From the NCBI GenBank assembly GCA_964016885.1, contig OZ024741.1, forward strand, positions 134,540,001 to 134,604,000: DNA of 64,000 nt, given 5' to 3'. Of the stretch, positions 1 through 13,363 are shown piece after piece (the stretch's first letter is position 1; each line of letters starts with the position of its first letter). The translations under genes were made by a program, and so were the position numbers. The notes under the pieces are model-generated. The model did not search any database and was not told where the DNA came from. It was given only the letters and a program-made list of their open reading frames with translations. The DNA is from Eledone cirrhosa. Lineage: Eukaryota.

Positions 1-284
1 TAGATTGCAGTTGGTATTTAGAGGGCTTAACTATTGATTCAATATATGTTGATGTTGTTATGTTTTTACTCATAGATTTTTAGATGTGTGTGAATATATA
101 GGGCTGTGTATCTGTGTGCGCTTGTGTGAATGTATGTATGTGCACGTGCGCGCGTGTGTAATGTGTATCGGTATGTATCTATGTGTATGTGTGTGCACAT
201 GTGCACGCACGCATGCGCGCACACACACGTGCGCACACACACACGATTCTTAGAGTGCCAGTAATATAAGCCTTTCCCAATCCC

Positions 285-510
285 AGGTAGCTTACTGTTT
301 CTGGTGATGAAGACACATTTAATTCAACTAGGAAGGCTTCGGCAGTTACAGATATTAGTCCAGCCAGTGTTAATGGTGGTCTCTAGCTGGTTAGGTATGA
401 TGTGGTTGCTAACCTTACTATATTGAGTTGTACTGTTGAGGTGTTCTAGCGCTAGTTGTGTGTAAATGTTCTACTCAATGACACAGAATTCTCTCCCTTT
501 CTTTCCAAAG
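285..510 (-). pseudogene. Decayed Penelope-like element reverse transcriptase fragment
   Basis: Minus frame KKGREFCVIE*NIYTQLALEHLNSTTQYSKV...INTGWTNICNCRSLPS*IKCVFITRNSKLP resembles the PLE RT DKG-x-V-x-Y-x-HL-x-Y region; two stops. Confidence 0.5.
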
Positions 511-765
511 TTCTCAAAGGCTAAAACCTAGAGAGAATGTAGGAGGGGGATAAGTGCTTCTGGAGATGGAATTCTTACGTCTAGCTTGTTTAGTGTTAAG
601 TTCAAGTTGGTGGTTGGAGTGGGTTGTCTGGGTGGAATATGGAGAAAGATCCAAAGTTAGCTTTGGCGTTGGCAGAAATAATAGTAGTATCAGTGTTGGT
701 GGCGGCAGTGTTGTTGGTGATGTTTGTTGTGGTAGTGGTGACATCTTTGGTTGTAGCAGGCATGG

Positions 766-855
<90 letters not shown>

Positions 856-869
856 ATATATATATATAT

Positions 870-1200
870 ATTAATAAAGCTGATGGCTGTATGTATGTAA
901 CAAACTTTTTGCCAAACAGCTGAACCAAACAGCAGCAAATTTGCACCATAAATGTAACTTTTTCCAAGTAAGAAAGTGAGGGTATTTTTGACTATTAAAT
1001 TTCGTTAAAAGATTAAAGATATTTTATTGATTATTTAAATATTCACTTCTTTAAAATTCGCCAATGTCAACACTTCCGGTTAGCGATCTCTTTCTTTCTT
1101 AGTCTGTCTTTTTAGATAGATACATAGCTATAACGTCGCACCCTTATAATTTCTGTCTGGCTGTCTACATTATGAAAACCATTCTGTACATTGACTTCGT
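870..1200 (+). mobile_element. Non-autonomous Helitron-like repeat fragment
   Basis: Core ttcacttctttaaaatt..aatgtcaacacttccggttagcgatc recurs inverted at ~50688-50740; the Helitron class is an inference. Confidence 0.4.
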
Positions 1201-1247
1201 TATGTGTGTGTGTGTGTGTGTGTGTGCATATGTATATATATATAGTG

Positions 1248-1282
<35 letters not shown>

Positions 1283-1544
1283 GATAGATAGATATAGTGT
1301 CTGTGTATATATATATATATAGTGTTAGTATCATAAATGCCTGTTTGCATTGACTTCGTTTCTAACCAACTTTAAATTAATTATATATATATATGTATAA
1401 GTGTATATATGTGTTCATGTGTGTTTGAAATATATATATACGCTAGCATGGAAAATGGACGTTAAACGATATGTGTGTGTATGTATGCATGTATATGTAT
1501 GTTTTTGATGTTTCTATTGTATTGAGAATACTTTTCATAATGTG

Positions 1545-1600
<56 letters not shown>

Positions 1601-2079
1601 CTTGTGTGTCATAGAGAGCTAGAACCACAATAGCTTTTTTTTTTTATATTGTATATTTTACTATCTTTCACTGATCTACAGATTTACTAAAACATCTTTA
1701 CTTAATTAATTATTTATTTCAATTAAAACAGTTGACTAATATATAATTAAGTGGATTCCATTAAGTCAGTGTTTAACGAACTACATCACTTACATTAACC
1801 AATTGTATTTGGTCAGCAATATTACATTGCTAATTTTGTCGAAGCTCTTTATATTCTGATTTTAAATCCTACCAAGGCCAACTTTGCCTTTCATTATTCC
1901 GGGGTCGATGATACTAGTCAAGCTGATTTAATTAACTTTGCCCTTCCTCCAAATTTGCAGGCCTTGTGCCTGAATTAGAAATCAATATTACATTATTGAT
2001 AGCTTAGGTGATTGTATTTAAGTAGCTACATTATATTAATGATGTAAAGGTGTGTGGCTTAGTTAGTGATTGACTCTGT

Positions 2080-3060
2080 GAAGGACTTGATGGCAGACAT
2101 GATGTCTGCGTCGAAAGCCACAAGGAGCAGGTGAGGATTGGGTGGGAGTATGGGTCGGAGGCCAGCGGGTGACTCAGGGTGCTTGAGTTGCAGGGCAGCC
2201 AGGACCTTCTCGGTGCGTTGGAGAACGGTGTCCTCTGAGGCAACCCCTCTGACTGCGGCCGAGACATCACCCATGATAAGTTTAGCATTTATGCGATCAC
2301 GCAAACGCTTGGCGCTGGCCTCAGGGGTGGAGGATTGGAGGCAGCCAAAAGCAGGGGTTGTGGCATCCTTCGGCACGCTTGGAATGGGCGCTTGCCCAAA
2401 GGATGAAACATTGGCCTTGACAGGCTACATTGGTCAATGCCAGAGCTGGGGAGGCTGAGGATGAGTGGGGCGAAATAGAAGAGGCGCTCCCAGTCGCTGG
2501 CTGGATTGGAGTCCAGAGCACTCTCGATTGAGGAAGCGAGGGCATCGGCTACCGGCACCCGGGCCGCTCTTGGGATCCTGAGCGGAATCTTCCGGAGGTG
2601 AGCGATGTTGACCAGCAAGGCATGGACATCACGCAAGCTTGCTGTCTCATTTGGTGGAGTGCCAGACGGCCGTGGCTGGGCAGACGAGGGGAAGAGACAA
2701 CAATTTCTGCATCTCCACGCTGCGAGGGGACTGGAAGCTCGACGCGTCAAGCCAACACAGGTGAAGTGGTGGAAGCAGCCGCACCCCGAACAGTTCCGGT
2801 CCCTCTTCCGTCTGTTCGTGGTGCTGCAACTGCTGCAGATGTCGACTGGTGGGGATGGAGGATGGGGCGTGGAGCCGGGGACTGGGGCACCAAGCAGCAT
2901 CAGGGGTGAGTGGCTGGTTCTCACCAGCCTAGGTGCTAGGCACAACTGCATGTGGGTGGAAGGTAAAGTGTTGGTATGAGTGAGGCCTCATAGCTCACCT
3001 ACATCAGATATGGAGGCGACAGAAGACAAGATAAAAGAGAAGGGGCCGGGTGGGGGGGGG
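2080..3060 (-). mobile_element. 5' part of a CRE-clade-like non-LTR retrotransposon with an N-terminal PHD finger
   Basis: GC-rich island. PHD C4HC3 pattern CSSC..CSGCGCFHHFTC..WRCRNC, then RIPRAARVPVADAL..W.RLF, then (frameshift) KLIMGDVSAAVR..LQLKHP..IMSAIKSF. It breaks just before the expected SxGGPDG RT motif. Confidence 0.7.
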
Positions 3061-4859
3061 TGCATGAAGGGACACACACACGAAAGTAAAGTTAGCAAAT
3101 AAATAAATGAATGAACAAAAAGAAAATAGCGGAATGACTCAAAGGTTGTTATTGTCACTGATGCTGGAGTTGGCTTCCTTTTGTTAATGGTTGTTGGTTA
3201 GTTGATTGCTGGTTAGTTGTTGGTGTATACACATATATGTTGTTGTTGTTATTGTCACTGCCGCTGTCATATCCTTCCTCTTGTTAATGGTAGTGGTAGT
3301 TGATACCAATACTTATTTCGGCTGCCAGGCTGGTTACTGGGGCTCGAATGCCTTCTTTCACCGAAGATGCGAGGTCGTTGTTATTGTCACTGTTGCTGTC
3401 ATTGCCTTCCTCTTGGTAATGGTAGTGATAATTGTTGGTGCTACCTATTTCGGCTGTCAAGCTGGCTGCATTGCCTTGTTTTGGAGGACTGAGTTGTGGG
3501 AGGGAGGAAGGGGAGTAATGGGAGGGAGGGTTTAACATACAGTGGTAGTATCTCCTTTTTTCCCTCTCTCACTGAAACATCTTCTCTTTCCTCCTCCATT
3601 GTAAAGATGTCCCCAAGGATTCCATTATTGATTTTTATTGAAATCCAATTAGCCAGTCCTGTTTCTGAATAGTAGCTTAACATGTGTGTACATTTTCATC
3701 GTGATTGGATCACTGGTGTAGGCGCCAACTGGCTATACACATATACACAGAAATTGCCATTTATATAGTACAATGATTTGACAGAAACTATGGAACACTG
3801 GGCTATTTCTAAGATGTCATCAATAGACATCATACAGACACAGCCAGAGTTGGCTTATCTTCTCCATATATGGATGTAATACTGTACATATATGGATGTG
3901 ATCTGCTGTTAACCATTTAACTATCTGAAACTGCTTGTGGTTCTATGATAGGAAACTGTATTTTAAAGTATTTATTTAAAATCCTTCCAACACAATTTTA
4001 TGTAAGAATATTTGTTAAACTATGCATAAAACACTAGCTTGATGAGAAAGTTATTTTACTAGATCCCATCAAATTCTTGATTATTTTCAAAAGAGTTTCA
4101 AGATTATAGGCAATGTCATTCACTAGAAATATGGTAATGAAAGGGCTAAAGTGTTTAAATTTATTTGAAAAGATTCCTTATGTAAGAATTTTGTGGTATG
4201 TTCCAAACATCAGCTTAATAATAAGAAAGTTATTTATGTTCCTAAATCTTTCCAAATTCTTTATTTTCCAAAGGGTTTAAACAGTAAAGGCAGTGTCTTT
4301 CATTAGAAATATAGAAACGAAAGAGTTAATGTACTGTAGTACTTCCATCAACACCACCACACACACACCCATGCTCTCTCCCACTGCTATTCCAGAAAAA
4401 TCTACATAAATCATGTTATATTCCTGTAGAAGATCATAAATACAGGATCTTCCTGCTTGTCTGCTTTGTTTGACCTTTAAATAATGGTGTGAATATTGGA
4501 GCGGAACTGTCCTACATCTTCACCACCATCACTACTGTTGACACTACTACCACCACCACCACCATATCCACTGTTATGTGTATTTGTGTGTGTATCTATA
4601 TGTATGTATCTGCGTCTATGTCTGTCTGTACATGTGTGTGTGTGTATCTATGTATGTGTGTGTATATCTGTGTCTATGTATGTCTACATGTGTGTAACTT
4701 AACTTTGCATGTGTTGTGCTATGTGTGCATGTATGGCATGCCTGGTCTTATTCTATGCTGCTGCATGTTGTGTATATGTATTATTGTCTGCATATTATTA
4801 TTTTAATATGAGTTCTGTGTGGTTAATAAATTATTACTGTTATCATCATCGTATATATC

Positions 4860-5260
4860 TAGGGTGGTGGATTGGCAGTATTTGCAGAGCATCGGACAAT
4901 ATGCTTAGCAGTATATAGTTATGACCCTTTATGTTCTGAGTTCAAATCCCACCGAGGTTAACTTTGCCTTTCATTCTTATGGGGTCAATACCAGTAATGC
5001 ACTCGAGTTGATTAAACTGACTTTTCTCTCCTCCCAAATTGTTGGATTTGTGCTTAAATCAGAAACCATTATTATCAATGGCAGTATCGGTAGAGGGTCG
5101 GACGTCATGCTTTTACGCATAGTTACAGCTCTTTCCATTCTGAGTTCAAATCCCGCCAAGGTCAACTTTGCCTTTCATCCTTACGGGGTCGATAAAATAA
5201 AGTACCAGTAATGTACTGGGTAATTGCTGGCCTTGTGCCAAAAGTAGAAACAATTATTAT
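4860..5260 (+). mobile_element. Two tandem tRNA-derived SINE copies (family also at ~1850-1990, 9110-9330, 29720-29940 minus, 59490-59680, 59800-59990)
   Basis: Recurrent ttctgagttcaaatcc (B box)-aactttgcctttcat-ggggtcgataaaataa-taccagtaatgcactgg. Confidence 0.75.
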
Positions 5261-5739
5261 CATACGTATCTTTTTGCAAATCCTTAGTCATGAGGAAGAG
5301 TGCCGCCCGTCACCCTTTAATTCTTTATGACTTCCAAGACTGCTGAGGGAAAGGAAGAATGTATTATCAAATCAGAGATATGGTCCTCATGTTTGCAACA
5401 GAGAGGACCCTGTTAAAGAGACCCAAGGTTGATGTGGTGGTATTAATTAATACTTTAATGTTCTGTTCCGCAGGAAGCTGCATAAGCTGCAACATATTCT
5501 TGGAAAGTACAAAGCAGTGCTATGACTTACTGTATATACTTGAATATGAAGCTGACACCCTATTTTATGTTTGAGAAATACGCAAAAATCCAAACCCCAT
5601 TTACATGCTGAGGCAGGTAATCAACAGATTATGTTTAGATGGTGCAGCTTTGAAATTCTCATGAGTGGAGAATATATTTGTGAAGTTTCAATTTTTTATT
5701 TAAAATGCTCTGTGTTGTTTAGAATATAGTTTTTGTTTC

Positions 5740-6192
5740 ACTGAAGCAGGTAGAAAAATTTAAGTATCTTGGGGCCATGTTCATGAGTGATGGAAGGCAG
5801 GAGGCTGAATTGTGTACAAGAATTGCAGGAGTTGGTGCAGTAATGCGGCAGCTTCAGCATTCAGTAATCAGAAGGGAGGAAGGCGTAAAAGCCAAACTCG
5901 CTATCTTCAATTCGGTATTCGTGCCAACCATTACCTATTGTCATGAATCTTGGGTAATGACCAAAAGAATATGATTGCGAATATAACTGGCTGAAATGGG
6001 GTTCCTCCGAAGGGTCTTTGGAGTAACGTTACTCGATAGTGTGTAGCTTAGAGATGAATCACCAGGTAGAGCCGCTACTTCTCCAAATCGAGACATCGCA
6101 GTTCTGATACTATGGGCATGTGGTTAGAATATCTCGGGGAAAGAATCACTGGACAGATTTTATAGATAAAACCAACTGGCAGGAGACCCAGA
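5740..6192 (+). mobile_element. RTE-clade LINE fragment, Expander/Rex3-like
   Basis: KQVEKFKYLG..SDGRQEAEL..KAKLAIFNSVFVPTITY.HESW..AEMGFLRR; stops present. Confidence 0.8.
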
Positions 6193-6619
6193 ATTTCTTG
6201 TCAAAAGGGAAGCTGGTGTAATATTCCTCTTCAGATACACATGCATACACCACATGCACATATCACATACATACATACATCAGATACACATATCACTCAT
6301 ACATACGCACACCACATACACAAACATACACCACATGGCACATATACATAAACATACATACACTCTTATACATAGGTTTACACATCCACACACACTCATT
6401 CTTATACATATAAACACACATATTTGTGATTCTTATCGGTATACATTTTAAAATCTGGTAATATCTATTGTCAAAGAGAAAAACCTTATGTAAGTGAAAT
6501 TACAATAACAAAGTTAGTGGCCTGAGTGTGCTTCAGTGAAAGTGTCAAATTGTAGTGTTAAGAAATTTTATATATTGTAGTAAGTGGAGTCTTAGGAGTT
6601 CCGATGGACTTTCACAGCT

Positions 6620-7090
6620 GACATGGAATGAAGAATCCAAGCATTCAAGTAGTGTGCTTCAGAAGGTTGCTACACATCCCATACATAGAACTCAAAACAG
6701 CTTAGTCAGCCAGCAAGTTAACAAATATGCTTGAAGACAGGAACCACTCCTTGCAATGGTATGGTCATGTATCTGACCACAACTCCTTGACTAAAACCAC
6801 ACTTCAGGGCACAGTCGAAGGAGGGCAGAGGAGAGGCAGACAAAGGAAATCCTTGTTCGACAACATCAAAAACTGGACCCGCCACAACACTGAGACCCTT
6901 CTACACATGATGGAAAATAGTGACCAGTGGCTAATTATGAAAGCACCTAGTGTGGCACCACAACAAATGGCTGCACCAGTGATGTGAGTAAGTGGAGGCA
7001 GGTTGTGCTGGAGAAGATCTGTCCAACTCTCGCAAACATGAAAAAACAAAAATACATGTAAAAAGGATGATGATGATGATGATGATGTGT
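6620..7090 (+). mobile_element. RTE LINE 3' fragment
   Basis: LQWYGHV..TKTTLQGTVEGGQRRGRQRKS..DNIKNWT; a (GAT)n tail follows. Confidence 0.75.
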
Positions 7091-9801
7091 GTGTGTGGAC
7101 CTTGTAAAACACTTGATCCAGTGTTGTTATATAGAGATATAACTAGCAGATGTTTCTACATTGGATCTCTCAGTTTACAATGTCATGCGTTGATGGATAC
7201 TCAGCTGTAGAAATGAGTTGCAATGTCAGTGGTGCCAAACTGTATCAGACTTGCCTTTCTCTTGGACAGCATTGGTGGTATGGAGAGGAGAGATTGGTAT
7301 GCATCGGCAACTGGTGGTCTTCCACAAAAACACCTTGCTTGGGCTAGGTGCAAAATCCATGGTCATTCTTGATTGAAGGGGATCTTTACCCTAAGCATTA
7401 CTATAGAACCAGGGGGGTTTCGGGTGGTTTGATACCATAGAACCACTAGAACCAGGGGTGATTTTGTATTAAAACGTTTTGATGGACGCACATGCACATG
7501 CCCGCGAGCATCCCCCCCCCCCCCCCCACCACACACACACACAAAAAAAGTGAAGCAACTTGGTTAATCCTTGCCATCTTTGCTGACTAGTTATAAAGAA
7601 AATAGTTAAACACAAAAATATATCCCTGTTAAATATTGATATATTTCGAATTCTGTAATGTTTTCAAACAATCAAATAGTATTCTAACCCAATTCTATGA
7701 CAAACACCTCACTTGATATATTCTAAGTCTATATACAGATTAGTCATCATAATATATTGCTGTTAATTATACTAAATTACTGTGACCTATTTTCTACTAC
7801 ACACACCTCTCAGCTTCTTAATCTCTCTGACTCTCTTGTGGACTTGTAGTGCTGTGTGTTTATGTATAAATATATATATATACTCACATACATACATACT
7901 GATACACACTTAGTAGTGCTGCGAGTGTGTATAAATACACTGACATATACTTACATGCACACCCATTCATACATGCACAAGCACACATACTGATGCACAC
8001 ACACATGCACATATACATACACTTACAGACACACATACTCAGACATACACAAAGGCACACATACATATACATACACACATTTATATACATACACGCAAGC
8101 ACATGCAAACATACATATGCAGACAGATACTAACTTACACATATAAATGCACACACACACACAGGCATATAAACATACATACACATAGAAACACACACAC
8201 ACCCAAAGACAGACATACAAAGATACATACACATAGATACACATATACAGGTATATAAACATACATACACCCAAAGATAGACATACAAACATACATACAC
8301 ATAGATACCTCTAAAGACAGACATACATACACATAGATACAAACATACACAGACAGGCATACAAACATACACATAGGTACACACAAAGATAGACATAGAA
8401 ACATTCATACACATAGCCACTTCATTGCTATCTAACCCTTCTCAGCTGTGGATTGTAACAAGATTGTGGTGAGCCAGTTAGCTGTAAGGTTTCTCTGTTG
8501 CTTCTAGACATGCTAAACATAGTGGTGAAATCTTCAACAAACATTCTATTGTCTTCAAACCCCTCTCCTTTGATATCAAACTAACTGAAACTTTTTAGGG
8601 CTTTTATGCTTTTGATACACAGAAGAACCCTCTCAACCCTTTTTGCCAAGATTTATATAGCTGGTTGTCCTTCCTATCACCAACCACTTTTCAGATTGTA
8701 CTGGGTGCATTTTATAATGGTACCAACATTAGGACACACAGAAGAGTCCTCTTAACCTGTCCCTCCTACAACCAATCACTTTACAGGGTGTATGAACTTA
8801 TATATTTCCAAACACCAGATGAATAATGAGAAAGTTTGTTATATCACTAAATCCTTTCAAATTCTTGATTATTTTCAAATTATTTGAAAATAGTGTTTTT
8901 CCTTAGAAATATGATAACGAAGAAACGGTTAAAAGTTCAATTCTCTCCTTTTCTCTATTGCAACTTTTTTTTTTCATCTTTCACTTTCAACATCTTGGAA
9001 TGATTTAGCAGAAAATTTCTAAAAAGGGGCTTGTTAATTCAAATGTTTATCATATCTTTCTTTACTGATGGAGAAGTTGTGAAAATGTTTGCATTATAGT
9101 GAAGGCTTTTAGGGCAGTGAATTAACAGTATCAGTAGAGCGTCAGACAACAAGCATTGCAGCATATAATTACAGATCTTTATGTTCTGAGTTCAAATCCT
9201 GCCATGGTTAGCTTTGCATTTCATCCCTATGAGGTCAATAAATAAAGTAAAAGTAACGCATTGGGGTCAATTTAATTGACTTTCCCCTCCCCCCCAAATT
9301 GTCGGCTTTGTGCTTAAATCAGACCCCATTATAGAAAAGGCTTTCATTTTAAAAGTGATGTAGTTTTATACTTTTGAGCCATTAAAGTCAAGAGACAGAC
9401 ATAGAAAGACTGGAAAAATGGAGTTAGCAGAGACCAGTACCAGGCAGCTAATAGAGCAGCTAGATGACAAGTATACATAGCTGAACTAGTAACCCACAGT
9501 CAATCAGGTAATACATGATAAAGTCATACCCAGTTACTGTCGCAGCTGTACAATCATAAATTGCTACAAGGGTAAAGGAGATGCTCTAGAAAGAAGCAAC
9601 TACAGAGGAATAATACTAATGGACCAAGTTATGAAAGTGATGGAAAGAGTTATAGCACAGTTAATTAGGGAAAGAGTCAAATTAGATGAGATGCAGTTCG
9701 GGTATGTGCCTTAGCAAAGTACTAGACAGGTTCTCTTCTTAGTGAGACAACTACATGTTCCTCGCGAAGAGTAAGATTTTCTAGCTTTTGATGATCTAGA
9801 A

Positions 9802-11589
9802 CAAAGGTTCTCAACGAGGGGCATATGCACCCCGGGGGCGTTTGGGAGCAAGGTCGCGTTAGGGGGGGGGGGGGCTGGAAGACTCTCTACTTTGTAAGTT
9901 TTATAAGCCATATCTGTATGTCTTTGAGACAGCCAGTGTGAATGCATTTGAATGAGCTTGAAGGCAGCATAACTATAGTCTGACCACAGCTGTGAGCAGG
10001 TGTTTTCAAGACATTAACCGGTAATTGAGATCCTAAAAATGAAAAAACCCAGTCATCTGGGTCAAGGACACTTTCCTTCACCGATAACAATGTATTTCAT
10101 GTCTGAAATTATTGACTCAACCGTAACGAGTTAACACTATGTAGATCTATTTTATTCCCTATTGTATAAATAATATTACAAAAAAAAACAAAAAAAAAAC
10201 ACAGAAGCGGGTAGCACACACATCTAGGACCACATACAACACATAGGCAGGTAATACACATATCTAAGACCACATACAACACATAAGCAGGTAATACACA
10301 CATCTAGGACCACATGCAACACATAAGGAGGTAGCACACACACATCTAGGACCACATAAAACACACAGGCAGGTAGCACACACATCTAGGACCACATACA
10401 ACACATAAGCAGGTAATACAAACATCTAGGACCACATACAACACATAAGGAGGTAGCACACACACATCTAGGACCACATAAAACACACAGGCAGGTAGCA
10501 CACACATCTAAGACCACATACAACACATAAGGAGGTAATACAAACATCTAGGACCACATACAACACAATCAGGTAATACATACATCTAGGACCACATACA
10601 ACACATAAGGAAGTAATACACACATCTAGGACCACATACAACACACAAGCAGGTAATACATACAGCTGGGACCACATGCAATACATAAGCAGGTAATACA
10701 TACATCTAGGACTACATACAACACACAGGCAGGTAATACATACATCTAGGACCACATACAACACACATTGCATCATGTGCTACAGATGACGCAAGCGCAA
10801 TGGTCGGCCAACATAAGAGCTTCGTCACTCTTCTGAAGAGAGAAAATCTATCTGTATTTGCTGTTCATTGTGTCATTCATCGACAACACTTGGCTGCGAA
10901 GAAATTTAGGAAGTCTCTGAGCAAGTCCTTGCAGGTGGCCATTGATGTCATCAGTTTTATCAAACGGCATTCCCCTAATGAACGAATTTTCCAGCAACTG
11001 TGCCAAGATAATGAGGAAGAATTCGTCAAGTTGCTCCTTCATACTGAAGTGAGGTGGCTTTCAAAGGGCAAGTGCTTTACTCACTTCTTTCAACTCTTCA
11101 ACTCTATCATTGAGTTTCTGCGAGGACGCAACACAGAACTGTACAAGAAAACCCTCGATGTGAGGCAAGACTGCGCCTACCTCACCAATATCTTCGACAA
11201 ATGCAATAGCGTCATATTGGCTTTGCAGGGGAAGAAGATCACCTTGCTTAAAGAAATGAATGCTGTGAAAACATTCCTGGCCAAATTGAATGTCATCGAA
11301 AGGAATCTTTGTTGACGGGAATTCTATGATTTTCCTAGTGTCGCCAATGTTCAAAACATTGTAAGCGATGACCAACTCCAAATTTATACCACTCACCTCC
11401 GTGCGCTACAAGACAACATGAGAGAACGGTTTGTCGACCTTTTGCCGATGGACATCCCAATGTGGATAGCAGATGCTTTCATAGCTAACGTTGACGATTT
11501 GGACGTTACATTTGGCCGGGGGGGGGGGGCGTTTCGTGATTTCAAGGGACAAAAGGGGGCGTTTGGCCTAAATGGGTCGAGAACCTGTG
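9802..11589 (+). mobile_element. hAT (Buster/Charlie-type) DNA transposon, internally deleted
   Basis: TIRs CAAAGGTTCTCAAC / GTCGAGAACCTGTG; perfect 8-bp TSD ATCTAGAA (9794-9801, 11590-11597); transposase 10770-11500 with CATD, HCVIHRQHLAAK, LLHTEVRWLSKG. Confidence 0.92.
10200..10768. repeat. ~41-43 bp minisatellite inside the hAT element (aggtaatacacatctaggaccacatacaacacataagc)
   Basis: About 14 direct tandem units visible. Confidence 0.95.
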
Positions 11590-12840
11590 ATCTAGAAAAA
11601 GCCTTTGACAAAGTATCTCGTTCTGTTATCTGGTGGTCGTTAAAAAAAGTTCAACCCATGTATAGAGGAGCTGTCAGTAAAATGAGAATAGGAAGTGAGT
11701 TCTGTGAGGAATTCAAGGTGTATGTAGGAGTTCATCAGGGTTCAGTCATCAGCCCACTGCTGATCGTCATAGTTCTCCAGGCCATAACAGGAGTTTATGA
11801 CTGGCTGTCCATGGGAACTTCTCTATGTGGATGATCTGGTCCTTATAGCTGAATTCATATCATTTGCTATCGAGGTGACTTAATAAGTAGCAAAGGAGGT
11901 TGCTTCGAGAGCACACTAGCAAGAATACGGATAGGATGGAAGAAGTTTAGAGAACTTCTTTCATGGTTGACAACAAAAGCTTTCTCCTTACAGACAAAAG
12001 GATGGCTGTATGTGAAGTGCAATACTGCATGGTAGTGAGACATAGGAAGTGACTGCAGAGGCCATCCAACCCATGTAAGCACGGAAAAACATGTAAAAAT
12101 GACGATGAATCTCTTGCCAGAGTGTCTTCATATGCTAAAGGATTTTAAGAGTTAATTTAATGAACAACTAAGCATCTATTTATTAAATATCTCATCACAA
12201 TTCTGAGTTTCCATATTGACTGACTATCTTATATCAATATCTACATGCCTTGTTTGGTTAGATTGAAGTAACACGAAACAGATAGGAAACAGATAGTATG
12301 TGTGTGTTAGCTGTTTTGTGTGTAGGTATTGTGTGTTTATGTGCGTTATATGTTTATGTGTAGCGTATGTCGTGATGTGTATCTGTTTATGCATTTGTGT
12401 TATGAATGTTATGTGTGTGTTGTGTAGGTCAGGAGGATGAGTATGACCTGAGCTGTAACATCAGTCCATGTAGTAACAGACCAAAATGGGGTCAACAACT
12501 CTAATAGCAGGAAGTCAACACTAACAACAGTGAAACCAACTGTTCTTTCTGTCTCATATAGCTGTTTAATTTGGCACCTCTTCCCCGCCTCTCTGTCTCT
12601 CTCTCTACATCTTTCTCTCTCTCTCTGCTTCATTTTCTCTTACTACCCCCTATCTGTGTCTCTACTTTGATGTGTCTATACATTTACAGGAGTGTATTTA
12701 CAAGGAAGGCGGTGGGGTTTAAATGTGCATCTATATGCTTGTGTGTGTACGTACATACATCTATGTATACATATATATATGTGTGTGTGTGTATGTATAT
12801 ATATCATCATCATTTAACGTCTATCTTCCACGCTAGCATG

Positions 12841-12880
<40 letters not shown>

Positions 12881-12883
<3 letters not shown>

Positions 12884-13340
12884 ATGATATTAAATAAATG
12901 GAAACTATATTTATAAAACCATATGTATTCTATTATATATATTTCAAGGGTACCAAAACACATTGGTACGCTTTCCTCAGATAAAATACAAAGTTTGTTT
13001 TATAAATAAAGACATACCCATGAAAATCATACCTTATCGGTTGGATATTCTCTGAACTGACTATCCAGAGAATATCCAAATATCCAACTGATAAGGTATG
13101 ATTTTCATGGGTATGTCTCTATTTATAAAACAAACTTTGTATTTTATCTGAGGAAAGCGTACCAATGTGTTTTGGTACCCTTGAAATATATATAATAGAA
13201 TAAATATGGTTTTATAAATATAGTTTCCATTTATTTAATATCATTGAATATTTACTCTAGAAAACTGTTGAGTGCTCTAAATCAGTTATAAACATTTATA
13301 TTTGTCAGACTTCCAACAAATTAAATACCCCTTCTACTTA
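12881..13340 (+). mobile_element. Fold-back, hammerhead-bearing Penelope-like end inserted in (TA)n (element 1)
   Basis: Near-perfect ~168-bp inverted arms 12881-13049 / 13079-13247; hammerhead in each arm; GAGTGCT at ~13270; (TA)n on both sides. Confidence 0.75.
13140..13202 (+). ncRNA. Minimal type-I hammerhead ribozyme (mirror copy 12926-12988, minus strand)
   Basis: TATTTTAT-CTGAGGA-[AAG C GTACCAA/TTGGTAC C CTT]-GAAA-TATATA-TA^-ATAGAATA; predicted cut after 13194. Confidence 0.75.
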
Positions 13341-13363
13341 TATATATATATATATATATATAT

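Larger units (their letters stand above)
9380..12110 (+). mobile_element. Decayed RTE LINE RT fragment, split by the hAT insertion
   Basis: CYKGKGDALERSNYRGI..DEMQFG..FLAFD[hAT]DLEKAFDKV..VGVHQGSVISPLL..ELLYVDDL. Confidence 0.85.

Noticed and set aside
5300-5445. SH3-like words (ILYDF..AEGKEE..WW) as the missing N-terminal SH3 exon
   Set aside because: It needs a frameshift and crosses a stop codon, with no convincing flanking splice sites.
7884-8420. Numerous short H/T/Y/I/C/V-rich ORFs (also 4489-4806, 49349-49673, 58331-59184, 62843-63205)
   Set aside because: Translations of decayed (CA)n/(TA)n microsatellites.
10200-10768. CRISPR-like regularly spaced repeats (also 51620-52302)
   Set aside because: There are no unique spacers or cas genes and the context is eukaryotic; these are plain minisatellites.
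12428-12560. Exon-like stretch after tgtgtag
   Set aside because: Stops occur in all three frames and there is no donor site.
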